Made by a program: the position numbers and the translations under genes. This document shows, in pieces, positions 52,892-52,923 of a stretch of DNA of 52,923 nt. This DNA comes from a virus (taxonomy: Duplodnaviria > Caudoviricetes), in the IMG/VR virus record IMGVR_UViG_3300037852_000044, positions 1-52,923 of that record, one strand, 5' to 3'. Numbering within the stretch: position 1 is the stretch's first letter; each line of letters starts with the position of its first letter. Below the pieces are notes generated by a model that made no database searches, was not told the origin of the DNA, and saw nothing but the letters and a program-made list of their open reading frames with translations.

Positions 52892-52923
52892 GACGTGGCC
52901 GCCGAGTCGAACTGCAGCTCAGC
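52792..52923. repeat. Terminal direct repeat, right copy
   Basis: Matches 1-132. Confidence 0.95.

Larger units (their letters stand above)
1..52923 (-). mobile_element. Complete tailed phage genome (siphovirus-like, probable actinobacterial host)
   Basis: Full head, tail, lysis and recombination gene set; WhiB; high GC; circular overlap. Confidence 0.9.

Overview
The window is an apparently complete, circular-mapping genome of about 52.8 kb from a high-GC siphovirus, most likely infecting an actinomycete. Bases 1-132 repeat at 52792-52923 with one mismatch. Essentially all real genes lie on the minus strand. Read in transcription order, the early/middle region carries YqaJ-type exonuclease plus RecT, an HTH replication-initiator-like protein, a DUF932-like protein, a ParB-methyltransferase fusion, a degenerate QueD-like protein, a J-domain protein, a lipoprotein alpha/beta hydrolase, an HNH-RHH fusion, RusA, WhiB and many Zn-finger miniproteins. 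The late region carries terminase, an accessory insert with a PLD/HKD protein, portal, a MuF-2H phosphoesterase-protease fusion, capsid, tail, a fibre module, a frameshifting tail chaperone, tape measure, tail-tip proteins, membrane proteins/holin, a GH25 endolysin and a papain-like C1A protease. I recognised no integrase, CI-type repressor, DNA polymerase, tRNA or CRISPR array. The main observations are: (1) a lone QueD-fold protein lacking the catalytic residues; (2) a 12-copy late-promoter motif TRGACY-N8-(-10), several copies driving leaderless starts; (3) a 7-copy early promoter/operator cassette built on GTCGG-N7-CCGAC; (4) a conserved 5'-UTR hairpin on high-copy virion genes; (5) a probable virion-linked 2H phosphoesterase. 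All protein calls come from motif recognition by eye; no database searches were run.
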